This document shows, in pieces, positions 48,862 through 57,799 of a stretch of DNA of 64,000 nt. Position 1 is the stretch's first letter. Each line of letters starts with the position of its first letter. Location: NCBI GenBank assembly GCA_963664115.2, contig CAXWPJ010000012.1, forward strand, positions 192,001 to 256,000, read 5' to 3'. Made by a program: the position numbers and the translations under genes. The notes under the pieces are model-generated. The model was not told the origin of the DNA. It did no database searches and worked only from the letters and a program-made list of their open reading frames with translations. The DNA is from Terriglobia bacterium (GTDB lineage: Bacteria; Acidobacteriota; Terriglobia; 20CM-2-55-15).

Positions 48862-50414
48862 ATGAGTAGCGTTGCCTCACGTTTCGGTCTCCGAGCAATC
48901 GCCCTCGGAACCGCCACCCTCATGCTCTTGGCCGGTTATCCGGTCCGGCTGTCAGCGGAACCCGCCTCCGTCGTCGGTGACATTATTCTCCTGGGTACGG
49001 TCGAAAGATCTGGCCGGCGTCTCACCAACGACGCCACCCTGTTTGAAGGAGACACGATAAGAACGGCATCATCAAGTGGCGGCGTACTGCGCCTTGGGAG
49101 CGCCCGTATGGAAATCGGGCAGTCGACCTACCTGGAAATAGTCCGTGCCCAACCGCTGACCATCGTTCTCAGCTCCGGTTCTCTGGCGTTTAATTTCCCC
49201 GACGATTTTGATTTCCAGATTACTACGCCGCAGCTCGAAGTCCGGCCCGATCCATCGTTTGGCGCGGTCTCGGGTGAAATCCTGGCCATCCCTGAAGACG
49301 AAGACCGTGTTGAGAGCCGTGCCGGCACCCTGAGCATTCTCGAACGACAGGAGTATGGTGCGATCCGCAGTGTTGGCGGTGGAGAAATACTGATTGCGTC
49401 GTTAGTGCCGACGGTCTCGATACCGGTTGCCAGCCCGACTTTCGGCTTACTGCAGGCGCCCAGTCCCATTGCGCAATTCCAGGCTGTCGAGGGAGATGTC
49501 CGGCTGCAGAGGGTTAACACGACGCTCACAACACGCGTTGACAATCCAGGCATCGCCCTGTTCAACGGAGATACTGTAAGCACGCTTCAAGGGCGTGCCG
49601 ACATACTCTTTACCGACCAGAGCCTGATCAGTCTGGACGTCGGCACCACGGTCACCATCGAGGAACAACCCCAACCCACCGGTATCTTCCGCCGGATCAG
49701 CCAGGGATTGGGCAACCTGTTCTTCGACATCCAGCAGATCGTCGGTACGGAAACGACTTTGGAAACACCGACTGCGGTCGCCGCAATAAGAGGAACGGAA
49801 GGAACACAGATTGTCCCCAACGAAACACAGAGCACCCACGCGCTGAATGAAGGCCTCGAAGACATTACCGAACGCATCACGCAGCAGACCGTCACAATTA
49901 CTGACGGTCAGCAGGTGACGGCCATTCGGGGTGTCGGTTTCACTCCAATCGTTGCCCTGTTGGCTCTGATCCCAAGACCGGGTATTGGGGGGGGTGGCGG
50001 GGGGGGGGTGCGGCCGGCGGCGGAGCGGGCGCCGGAGCGGGTGCCGGCGGTGCAGCCGGTGGCGCGGCAGGCGCTGCCGCAGGAGCAGCCACGTCCACAG
50101 TAACTTCAGTCGCTTCTGTCGCTGCAGCAACTGCAGCCACAGCCGCAGGCGTGACGGCCGCAGTCGTCATCCCGACAACGGCCGACGAGCCCGCACCCGA
50201 AGACACGGCAACTGTACCCTTGAGCCGCCCGGGTGGTGAGCTCACCACAGGCAGTCAACTCACGGCGGCACTTTCCGTACCGCTCGCCAGTCGAAACGGC
50301 CCTCCGCCAGCAAGTGCGTCGGTGCCCGAACATCCTCTGGGTCAACCGCCAGTGACTCCGCCCACAATTGAACCGCCTCGCCGCCCAGCAGGCAGGCCTC
50401 CCACGAGACCATAG
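48862..50414 (+). CDS. Exported FecR-domain protein with Gly/Ala linker and Pro-rich tail, frameshifted at a poly-G tract
   Basis: Signal peptide, two GDT.xT FecR-like repeats, TPTAVAAIRGT. The frame reads garbage after G10 (49999-50008), while the -1 frame encodes GAAGGGAGAGAG...VTAAVVIPTT...PPTRP* to 50414. Confidence 0.75.
49987..50008 (+). repeat. Homopolymer tracts G8 and G10
   Basis: GGGGGGGG-TGGC-GGGGGGGGGG at the frameshift point. Confidence 0.9.
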
Positions 50415-50574
50415 AAGACGGGTCTGGATTATTATATTCACCTCGTCTGGATCAGCGTTGTTGTACGAATTTATGTAACTCGCGGTTAAACCAACTGTCC
50501 AGTTGGCTTCAACCTCCTGGTCCACCCTATAGCTTCATCGTCAGCAATCCGCGGTAGTATCAGTAGCTCAAGTT

Positions 50575-51075
50575 ATGTTCAAAGAACACTCCGATACGCT
50601 CGGTCGAGGGGATCGCGCCCCCGAATTCGAGCTTCAGACGGCGACTGGCGAGACCATCTCTGATCGAGATCTGCGGGGTAGGATGTCCCTCGTCTTTTTC
50701 CTGCGGGGAACCTGGTGACCCAATTCACGGAAGCAACTGGCTCAGTTGGAGTCAGCTTGGGATGAATTAAATCGGAAAGAGGTAGGATTAATTTGCATCG
50801 CCGCTCAGAAAATCGACGGTGTCGGGGGCGCGAAACGATTCGCAGAGAAGCACAATTACAAATTCCCGTTCCTGTTCGACGAAACGCGGGAGACGACCAA
50901 AGCCTATGGTGTCTATCACCGGATTGGCTTCGATGCGTATCGAATCGCCCGCCCTGGGGCCTTCCTTCTCGATGACGCGCAGAAAATTTTATGGATTGCC
51001 GTCAGCCCGAATCAGTCGGAGCTCCCCACGAACGCACAAATCCTCGAAGCTATCGCAGCCGCCGGTAAATATTGA
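50575..51075 (+). CDS. Peroxiredoxin-like AhpC/TSA protein, probable selenoprotein (in-frame TGA at codon 48)
   Basis: ATG 50575 gives MFKEHSDTLGRGDRAPEFELQTATGETISDRDLRGRMSLVFFLRGTW-TGA-PNSRKQLAQL, in frame with ORF 50746-51075 (FPFLFD...YGV...ARPGAFLLD). TGA sits at the catalytic Cys position. Confidence 0.85.
50719..50768 (+). promoter_or_regulatory. Putative bacterial SECIS hairpin
   Basis: CAACTG-GCT-CAGTTG (50734-50748) with a G-led loop about 20 nt after the UGA; possible lower stem CCCAA/TTGGG or AATTCA/TGAATT. Confidence 0.6.
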
Positions 51076-52258
51076 AACCCACTTTGAACGAATCGCTACC
51101 GTTCACGGTGTACTGGGCCGTCGTCAGCGGACGGGCAGTGGATAGAACGAACTCGAAGGTATGCCTGAACGTCGCTTTTTGAATACCGACTGAAACCGCC
51201 GGACGATCAAATATTTCTCCGGTAAATCCCTTGACCCGAGGCACGTACTCTCCCACCACGGATACGGACGGAGTAAGACCGATCCCGGCACCGATGCCGA
51301 TGGCCGCTGTGTAGTCAAACTCCTCTCCGAAAAGGAACTGCGGAGGAAGGAACGAGTCATCGTTCCGCGTGTTGAAGGCAATGCTCGGCGCGAGGGAAAG
51401 CGAAAAACGATTTCCGAAACTTCGCGTGGCAACAAATTGAACAAACGGCGCAAACCTCTCCTTAAAGTTATTTCGTCCTTCAATTCCAATACGAAACTGG
51501 GTCGAGAGCGGAGCTTCGGAACTCTGCCTGGAGAGTTGGAACTGAGAACTGAGTTCTATGGTCCGATCCAGGTTGCTGCGCATCGCCGAAACGCTCATCC
51601 AATCCGTTAAACCGACCTGGACGCCGAAGGTCACCGACGCGGGACTATCAAAACCGAATAATTGTTTCGGCGAATCCCGGTCGAAAACCGGAAACGTGAA
51701 GCGATGTCCGATCAAGAATTCCACGCCCCCGCGCTCCATCCCCTTGCCATTGGGCAGATTCACGATCCGCGGGCCAAGAAACGCGCCTTCCGAAGTGAAA
51801 GCATCGACCGGGCTGACGGATATCGCGGCAGCGACTGGCACCTCAGCCCCGCCCTGCACCTCTACGGCGGACCCCAGCCCCGACACCACGCCGCTTGATG
51901 GAAGATCCGCCAGATACCGCAGGCCTTCGACCTCCACAACCAATGCGGCGTTGTCAGGATCTGAGAAATGCAGAATCGTCGTGCTCCCCAGCGGCACGCG
52001 GCTGTAAGCAAATCGATCGGAAAATTGCGATCGCAGCAAGGGCGTTATTGTCATTTCGTTATCGGCAAAAGCCAGACCGAACTCGTTTCTGGGTCCTCCA
52101 CCATCCGGATTGACGTGGCACACGACACAACCGTCGACGGTGGGATTGCGGAGGGGATCCCCCTGAAATATTTGGAGGAAAGCGGGAAAAGCCGCCGCGG
52201 GCACTGCCCCCGCAGCCAGCAATGTCAAAAATAAAATGCTCCGGCCGATTTGCATCAT
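51050..52258 (-). CDS. Exported monoheme cytochrome c fused to a DUF5777-like outer-membrane beta-barrel
   Basis: Signal peptide ...AVPAAA, CVVCH heme motif, barrel motifs IGHRF, FGFD, HTFEF, C-terminal GFNIYR. Confidence 0.7.
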   Translation of the reverse strand: MMQIGRSILFLTLLAAGAVPAAAFPAFLQIFQGDPLRNPTVDGCVVCHVNPDGGGPRNEFGLAFADNEMTITPLLRSQFSDRFAYSRVPLGSTTILHFSDPDNAALVVEVEGLRYLADLPSSGVVSGLGSAVEVQGGAEVPVAAAISVSPVDAFTSEGAFLGPRIVNLPNGKGMERGGVEFLIGHRFTFPVFDRDSPKQLFGFDSPASVTFGVQVGLTDWMSVSAMRSNLDRTIELSSQFQLSRQSSEAPLSTQFRIGIEGRNNFKERFAPFVQFVATRSFGNRFSLSLAPSIAFNTRNDDSFLPPQFLFGEEFDYTAAIGIGAGIGLTPSVSVVGEYVPRVKGFTGEIFDRPAVSVGIQKATFRHTFEFVLSTARPLTTAQYTVNGSDSFKVGFNIYRRLR

Positions 52259-52281
52259 AATTTTCCTCAACAGTTTATGAA

Positions 52282-52917
52282 TCAATATTTTCCAGTGGAA
52301 CCGTGTGCTAACGCCGCCGACGATTTATTGAAACGGTGTGGGGACACGTGTGGACTTTTAGCAGCGAAAAACCTCCACAGCTTGTCGCGATACGCTCCGG
52401 CGTAATCCACTCCGATACGTGGGCTGGCTACAATTTTCCCGGGGTTCAGGCCGCGGTCTTCAATCCACAGCGAATCCTCCTCCAGGCTCACCCCGTTCAG
52501 GCTCCTGTCGACAGCCATGGCCTGACACAGTTTCGCCGGCCCGCTGCCAATGTCCCTATCACGCGCAACGCGCAGACGATTTTTTCGCATTAACTCCAAA
52601 CCCTCTAAGGGATCGATAGCCCGGATCAAAACAGCGGCGGGGTAGCCTTCAGGTTCGGTCACGGCGTTCAAACAACAATGGAAACCGTAAACCATGAAGA
52701 CATACGCATAACCGGGCCCTCCGAACATCACCTCTGTGCGATCCGTTCTACCCTTGGACGCATGGCAGGCCAAATCGTCCTCCCCAATGTAGGCCTCGGT
52801 TTCGACGATCATTCCTGCAGCTCGGCCTCTGCCCAGAGGGCGGACCACAACCTTGCCGATCAGATCCACAGCAACGTCGATCGTTGGACGGGAATAAAAA
52901 CTACTGGGAAGCTTCAC
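52282..52917 (-). CDS. mpg: DNA-3-methyladenine glycosylase (AAG/Mpg type)
   Basis: IVETEAY, YVFMVYG, AVLIRAI, GPAKLCQA, PRIGV. Confidence 0.94.
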   Translation of the reverse strand: MKLPSSFYSRPTIDVAVDLIGKVVVRPLGRGRAAGMIVETEAYIGEDDLACHASKGRTDRTEVMFGGPGYAYVFMVYGFHCCLNAVTEPEGYPAAVLIRAIDPLEGLELMRKNRLRVARDRDIGSGPAKLCQAMAVDRSLNGVSLEEDSLWIEDRGLNPGKIVASPRIGVDYAGAYRDKLWRFFAAKSPHVSPHRFNKSSAALAHGSTGKY

Positions 52918-54428
52918 TATCTTGCGGTCTTGGTGAGTCCTGCCGAAGGCATCAGAGCAACCGAGAGCAGGCCAAGAATGCTCACAACGGTGCCTACTAT
53001 GAATACCCAGTGGAGTGAATTCGCCAGCATGGACTGGAATGCGATTACGAGTTCCGGAGATGCCGTGTCACGAATCGCGGGCTGCAAGAACGCGTTTGGA
53101 TCTTCAACCAGTTGTTGGAAACCCTGATCCACGCCAGATCCGACTCTGGATCCGATCGCTGCGATTTGGGTCGTCATGCCCCGTGCCATGACGGCACCCA
53201 TTATGGCCACACCGACTGCGCCTCCGATGCTTCGGAAGAACTGCGCCGTCGAGGTTGCAATTCCTAGCCGCTCACGGGACACAGAGGACTGAACGGCAAT
53301 GAGTTGCGTGATCATGACCAGGCCCATTCCCGACCCGACCAAGCCCACATTCCACAATACGTTGCGGATCTCAGTCTGGCTCGTCATCATGTCGAGCAAT
53401 ACGAATCCAGCGACCATGAGTAGCATGCCGGCCAACATGACCCACCGGAATTGAAACCACAGCAACAGCCGGCCACCGACAATCGAGAAGACCACCCACC
53501 CCATCAGAAGCGGCGTCAGGACGGAACCGGCACGCGTGGGGCCAGTCCCCATAACGCCCTGAACAAAAAGCGGGATGAACGAAATCAATCCGAATATTGC
53601 CATTCCGGAGAAAAATCCGTTGATAACCGAACAATAAACTACACGGTGGCGCAGAAGATCGACCGGTATCAGAGGCTCGTGGGCCCGCCTTTCCGCTCTG
53701 ACGAAAAAAGTCATAGCGATGATGGACGCCGCCGCGAGCGTGAGATTGGTTGACGAAAGCAACTGGAAGTTTTCTCCGCTACGGACCAGCAATAGCATCA
53801 GCAATGTCACCGATACTGTAAAGGAAAGCATGCCGAATATATCGATCTCCCTGCGCTTCCCTTCTGAGCGCTCTTCCACAAACTGCGTCCCGATGATGAT
53901 GGCCGCAGCGAGGCCAAAGGGAATATTCAGATAGAAAACCCACCTCCAGCTGATCTGTTCAGTGATGATGCCTCCCAACAAGGGGCCGACAATTGAGGCC
54001 AGGCCCCAAACTCCGCTAAAGTAGCCCTGGATTTTGGCTCGTTCGACAGGCGTATACAGCTCAGCGGCGATGGTCATGGCAAGCGGCAGGAGGCCACCCG
54101 CGCCCAGGCCTTGAATCGCACGAAAGGCGATGAGTTGAGTCATGGACTGGGCCTGTCCAGAGAGAACGGAGCCCAGGAGAAAAATAGTAATCGCCCACAG
54201 GTAGAGGGGTCGGCGGCCGTATAAATCGGAAAGCTTCCCCCAGGCAGGAACCGTCACGGTCGAGGCCAACAGGTAGGCTGAAAATACCCAACTATAGAGC
54301 TCAAGGCCACCAAGGGCGGAAATCACGGTCGGCATCGCAGTGCCGACAACCGTGGCCTCCATCGCCGCCAGAAACATTCCGATCAGTATGCCGATCGTAA
54401 CAGTGAGTCGCTTCGTGGAGGTTTGCAC
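52917..54428 (-). CDS. MFS drug:H+ antiporter (DHA2, 14 TM)
   Basis: TVVGTAMP, GKLSDLYGRR, RAIQGLGAG, WRWVFYLNIP. Confidence 0.92.
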   Translation of the reverse strand: MQTSTKRLTVTIGILIGMFLAAMEATVVGTAMPTVISALGGLELYSWVFSAYLLASTVTVPAWGKLSDLYGRRPLYLWAITIFLLGSVLSGQAQSMTQLIAFRAIQGLGAGGLLPLAMTIAAELYTPVERAKIQGYFSGVWGLASIVGPLLGGIITEQISWRWVFYLNIPFGLAAAIIIGTQFVEERSEGKRREIDIFGMLSFTVSVTLLMLLLVRSGENFQLLSSTNLTLAAASIIAMTFFVRAERRAHEPLIPVDLLRHRVVYCSVINGFFSGMAIFGLISFIPLFVQGVMGTGPTRAGSVLTPLLMGWVVFSIVGGRLLLWFQFRWVMLAGMLLMVAGFVLLDMMTSQTEIRNVLWNVGLVGSGMGLVMITQLIAVQSSVSRERLGIATSTAQFFRSIGGAVGVAIMGAVMARGMTTQIAAIGSRVGSGVDQGFQQLVEDPNAFLQPAIRDTASPELVIAFQSMLANSLHWVFIVGTVVSILGLLSVALMPSAGLTKTAR

Positions 54429-54602
54429 AACTTCGATTCTTACGGAGGCAGATCGGGAAATTTACCGGAAAATCCGCGCGGCAAGAGATGTAAACGAAGT
54501 CGGAAACGGAGCCACCCCGCCTGCCGGATTCGACCGGCCGCGGGGTTTTCGGATACCTGGGAGGGCGGTGGTTCACGCGATGGACCACCGAATTCGAAAG
54601 CC

Positions 54603-54803
54603 TTACGCGGCCCTGTTCTTACCTTTAGTTCGCTTCTTTATTTTCCAGTGTGCAAAAGGATATTTGTGTCCACAGTTCGGACATTCCCAAGAACCCTGGC
54701 GGGCATCGGCGTCCGAACTGTGGAACATGCTGACGACGAGATGGCACTGTAGGCACATCGTCGGCTGGCTATCAATCCGTTTGCTTTCAATAACTTTGGC
54801 CAT
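54603..54803 (-). CDS. Small basic zinc-ribbon protein (66 aa)
   Basis: ATG 54803: MAKVIESKRIDSQPTMCLQCH...WECPNCGHKYPFAHWKIKKR; two CxxC pairs; followed by hairpins. Confidence 0.6.
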   Translation of the reverse strand: MAKVIESKRIDSQPTMCLQCHLVVSMFHSSDADARQGSWECPNCGHKYPFAHWKIKKRTKGKNRAA

Positions 54804-55010
54804 TTCTCTAAAGCCCTCGGTTAATGCCGGGCAAATCCCGATGAGTCGATCTATACCTGGCGTCAGGGTTTTAGACGGTTGAAATCCGAAAACCGCACCA
54901 TCCGCAGAAGATTTCGAACAAGAATAGCCGATCATTAGCACTTAAGCTACTGAAAAATCGACAGTTTCTCGCCCTTCAGACCAGAACAAACCATGCTATC
55001 ATCCCGCTTT

Positions 55011-56591
55011 ATGCGTCTCCCTGTAATCCCGATCGCGGTAGTCACGGTGTTGATGGCTGTCGTCGCAGGTCTTATTACGCTGGTCCCACCCGCCGAACGG
55101 TTCCTGGCAGCGCCCGTAGTCAGTGCCCTGATCGACATCGACGGTGTGGAAACCGACGTAGCCATTGCCCCCGACGGCATTCGGTATGCAGTCATCTCTT
55201 CAGGCAACCTCTGGTTCACCAATTCCGACAACGACACCCAGTTGCAACTGACCGATACGACGGCAATTGAGTCATCCCCGGCCTGGACTCCGGACGGGAG
55301 CCGGATCACGTTCACCCGCGATCAGGACACGTTCGTCGTTGAGCCAGAAAGTCGCGAAGAGACGCTATTCATGGCTGACGCAGCAGACCTCTCCTGGTCC
55401 GCAAGCGGCCAGACTACCTTCGTACGTGGAGGCGGACTCTGGGTCGCTAATCGGACCGGTACCGAGGCAATCGAAATTGTTCCTGCCAACTCCAATCCCG
55501 ACGTAATGATCCGAGTGCCCCGTTTTTCCCCGAGTGGAAGCCAGATCGTGTTCATCCTTACGATGCTCAATCTCCGCGGTGAAATCTGGATCGCCGACAC
55601 ATCGACCGGGGACGCGATTCCGATAATCGCGGACCGTAGCGCTGAAAATCCGACTGCGGCAGAATGGATCATCGACAATCGACACATCGCGTACATGACG
55701 GACCGGGCCGGGGGACTCGCGGTTTGGTATGCGGACCTCGACGAATCAACGATCGTTCCCTTGACCAAGCCCATGATGGGCCGCTCGCTGGCCCCCATAC
55801 GGATTGGCGTTCACGGTGGACGAATCATCTTGCCACGACACTTCATCGACTCCGATATCCGGACTTCTGAGGGCCAATCGTTGGTGGCAACAGGGCTTCT
55901 GGAGTTCGACCCAACAGTTTCACAGGACGGGGAGCTGATTGCCTACACGGTAGAAAACGAAAGCCGCTTCGAGATATGGGTCGCGCGTCGCGATGGGGGA
56001 GATCCCCGTTATGTAGCACTTGGAAGACATCCTCGCTTCTCGCCGAGCGGCAACCAAATTGTCTATTCGAGAATCGATTTGGACGGCAACAAAGACATTT
56101 GGAAAGTCGATGTTCGGACGGGAGTTCCGGAACAGCTCACTGATGCCGCCGAAATCGACGACGTGCCCGACTGGTCCCCAGACGGCCGCTCTATAGTTTT
56201 CTCTTCCGAGCGTGACGGCCAGCTGGCGCTCTGGACTGTTCCCGCGTCCGGCGGACAACGGCTCAAACTAAACGAGGGCGGGTACGCGCCCCGGTTCTCG
56301 CCTGACGGTACTCGCATTACTTATTGGTACGGAGCCGCTCTGTGGACTGCCGACTCGGATGGCAGCAATCCCGATCGGATCGCAGAAATTGACACGCCTG
56401 TTTTCGGCGTCTGGAGTCCTACCGGGCCGGTCTATTCAGAAAGAGGCCGGGTTCCGAGCAACAACAACGAAGAACTCCCCTTGGAAATCTGGCCATCGTT
56501 TGATCGCCTTCCAGGTGGCGGTTGGGTGGTTGCCGCGCTCGAAGTCGAAAAGACCGAACTCTGGGCCTTGGATCTCGTCTTTACGGAATAG
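55011..56591 (+). CDS. TolB-like PD40 beta-propeller protein
   Basis: Repeated P.WSPDG/P.FSP.G blades, N-terminal TM. Start set at ATG 55011. Confidence 0.85.
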   Translation: MRLPVIPIAVVTVLMAVVAGLITLVPPAERFLAAPVVSALIDIDGVETDVAIAPDGIRYAVISSGNLWFTNSDNDTQLQLTDTTAIESSPAWTPDGSRITFTRDQDTFVVEPESREETLFMADAADLSWSASGQTTFVRGGGLWVANRTGTEAIEIVPANSNPDVMIRVPRFSPSGSQIVFILTMLNLRGEIWIADTSTGDAIPIIADRSAENPTAAEWIIDNRHIAYMTDRAGGLAVWYADLDESTIVPLTKPMMGRSLAPIRIGVHGGRIILPRHFIDSDIRTSEGQSLVATGLLEFDPTVSQDGELIAYTVENESRFEIWVARRDGGDPRYVALGRHPRFSPSGNQIVYSRIDLDGNKDIWKVDVRTGVPEQLTDAAEIDDVPDWSPDGRSIVFSSERDGQLALWTVPASGGQRLKLNEGGYAPRFSPDGTRITYWYGAALWTADSDGSNPDRIAEIDTPVFGVWSPTGPVYSERGRVPSNNNEELPLEIWPSFDRLPGGGWVVAALEVEKTELWALDLVFTE

Positions 56592-56595
56592 CACG

Positions 56596-57345
56596 TTGGA
56601 TTTCGAAAGCAAGGTCGTTGTCGTGACCGGTGCCACCAGCGGCATCGGACACGCCGCAGCTCTGGGCTTCGCCAGAGTGGGCGCGACTGTGGCAGGCATC
56701 GGAAGAGATTCCTCCACCCTGGACGACTTGTCCAGCAAGGGCATACGGAGTTATCGAGCCGATCTGACTTTGGAAAACGAAACGTCTGAAGTCGTGAAAG
56801 CCGTGGTGGGAGACCTCGGCGGCATTGACGTGCTCGTGAACGCTGCGGGCATTATCGCAACCGGAACCATCGAAAACACATCGTTGCCAGACTACGACAC
56901 GATGATGGGTATCAACGTCCGTTCTATTTTCCATCTCATGCAACTATGCCTGCCATCAATCACTGAGAGAACAGGGAACATCGTCAATGTATCGAGCGTC
57001 ACGGGCCTGCGTGCTTTCCCCGGAGTTCTGGCTTACTGTGTCAGCAAGGCGGCGCTGGATCAACTGACGCGTTGCGCTGCCTTAGAATTGGCTTCCATAG
57101 GGGTACGGGTCAACGCGGTCAATCCTGGCGTCGTACGGACAAACCTGCATGTGCGCTCGGGTATGGGATCGGAAGCCTATGACGCTTTCGTTGAGCACGG
57201 TAAGACCACACATCCGATCGGGCGCATCGGAAAGCCTGAGGAGGTCGCTGAACTGATCATGTACCTGGCCTCGGATCTCGCCGGATGGATCACCGGTACC
57301 ACCTACTCGATTGACGGCGGCCGCGCCGAAACCTGCGCAAGATAA
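56596..57345 (+). CDS. Short-chain dehydrogenase/reductase
   Basis: TGATSGIG, NAAG, NVSS, YCVSK, VNAVNPG; likely TTG start at 56596. Confidence 0.92.
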   Translation: MDFESKVVVVTGATSGIGHAAALGFARVGATVAGIGRDSSTLDDLSSKGIRSYRADLTLENETSEVVKAVVGDLGGIDVLVNAAGIIATGTIENTSLPDYDTMMGINVRSIFHLMQLCLPSITERTGNIVNVSSVTGLRAFPGVLAYCVSKAALDQLTRCAALELASIGVRVNAVNPGVVRTNLHVRSGMGSEAYDAFVEHGKTTHPIGRIGKPEEVAELIMYLASDLAGWITGTTYSIDGGRAETCAR

Positions 57346-57354
57346 GAGGGATCA

Positions 57355-57508
57355 ACCGCAAAGGCGCAAAGACGCAAAGCAAGATAGGCTGCGTAAAATT
57401 CTGAGGGAGGAACCCTCTGTGGGTTCCCAACCCAATTGCCCTAGGTCGAACGAGACATAAGCAACCTGTCCTGTCTTTTCCTCCTTTGCGTCTTTGCGAC
57501 TTTGCGGT
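57355..57508. repeat. Long inverted repeat of 8-nt CGCAAAG units
   Basis: ACCGCAAAGGCGCAAAGACGCAAAG (57355-57379) vs CTTTGCGTCTTTGCGACTTTGCGGT (57484-57508), 24/25 complementary; nested GGAACCC/GGGTTCC hairpin. Confidence 0.85.
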
Positions 57509-57799
57509 GAATATCCGATGCTTCTATCCGCAGACGGGAACGATAATGACGCGTGTATTCAGTTCGTGGATAGTTCCGGAGCACTCTCACGTCGACGGGC
57601 AACACTCCCTACAGTAAATCGAGATCGTCAGTAATTTCAGTCCTCGGCATGATTTCTCGTCGCCGCCACTCGGCCACTCGGGCTGCCTGCCTCTGCTATA
57701 GTAAGAACCAGGGAGAGTGATTTAAAAAAGGCAATGGCAGTGTTTCGATAGTCGCAAGCATGGCTCAGCGGAAACGGGTCTCGCGAGGAAGAGAAAGAG

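Noticed and set aside
54515-54545. tRNA T-arm-like GCCGG-TCGAAT-CCGGC on the minus strand
   Set aside because: Six-nt loop with no D or anticodon arms, acceptor stem or CCA.
54741-54755. CLQCH as a heme-binding motif in the small protein
   Set aside because: No signal peptide, and a second CxxC indicates a zinc ribbon.
12863-57508. CRISPR interpretation of the short repeats
   Set aside because: No array of identical direct repeats with unique spacers, and no cas genes.
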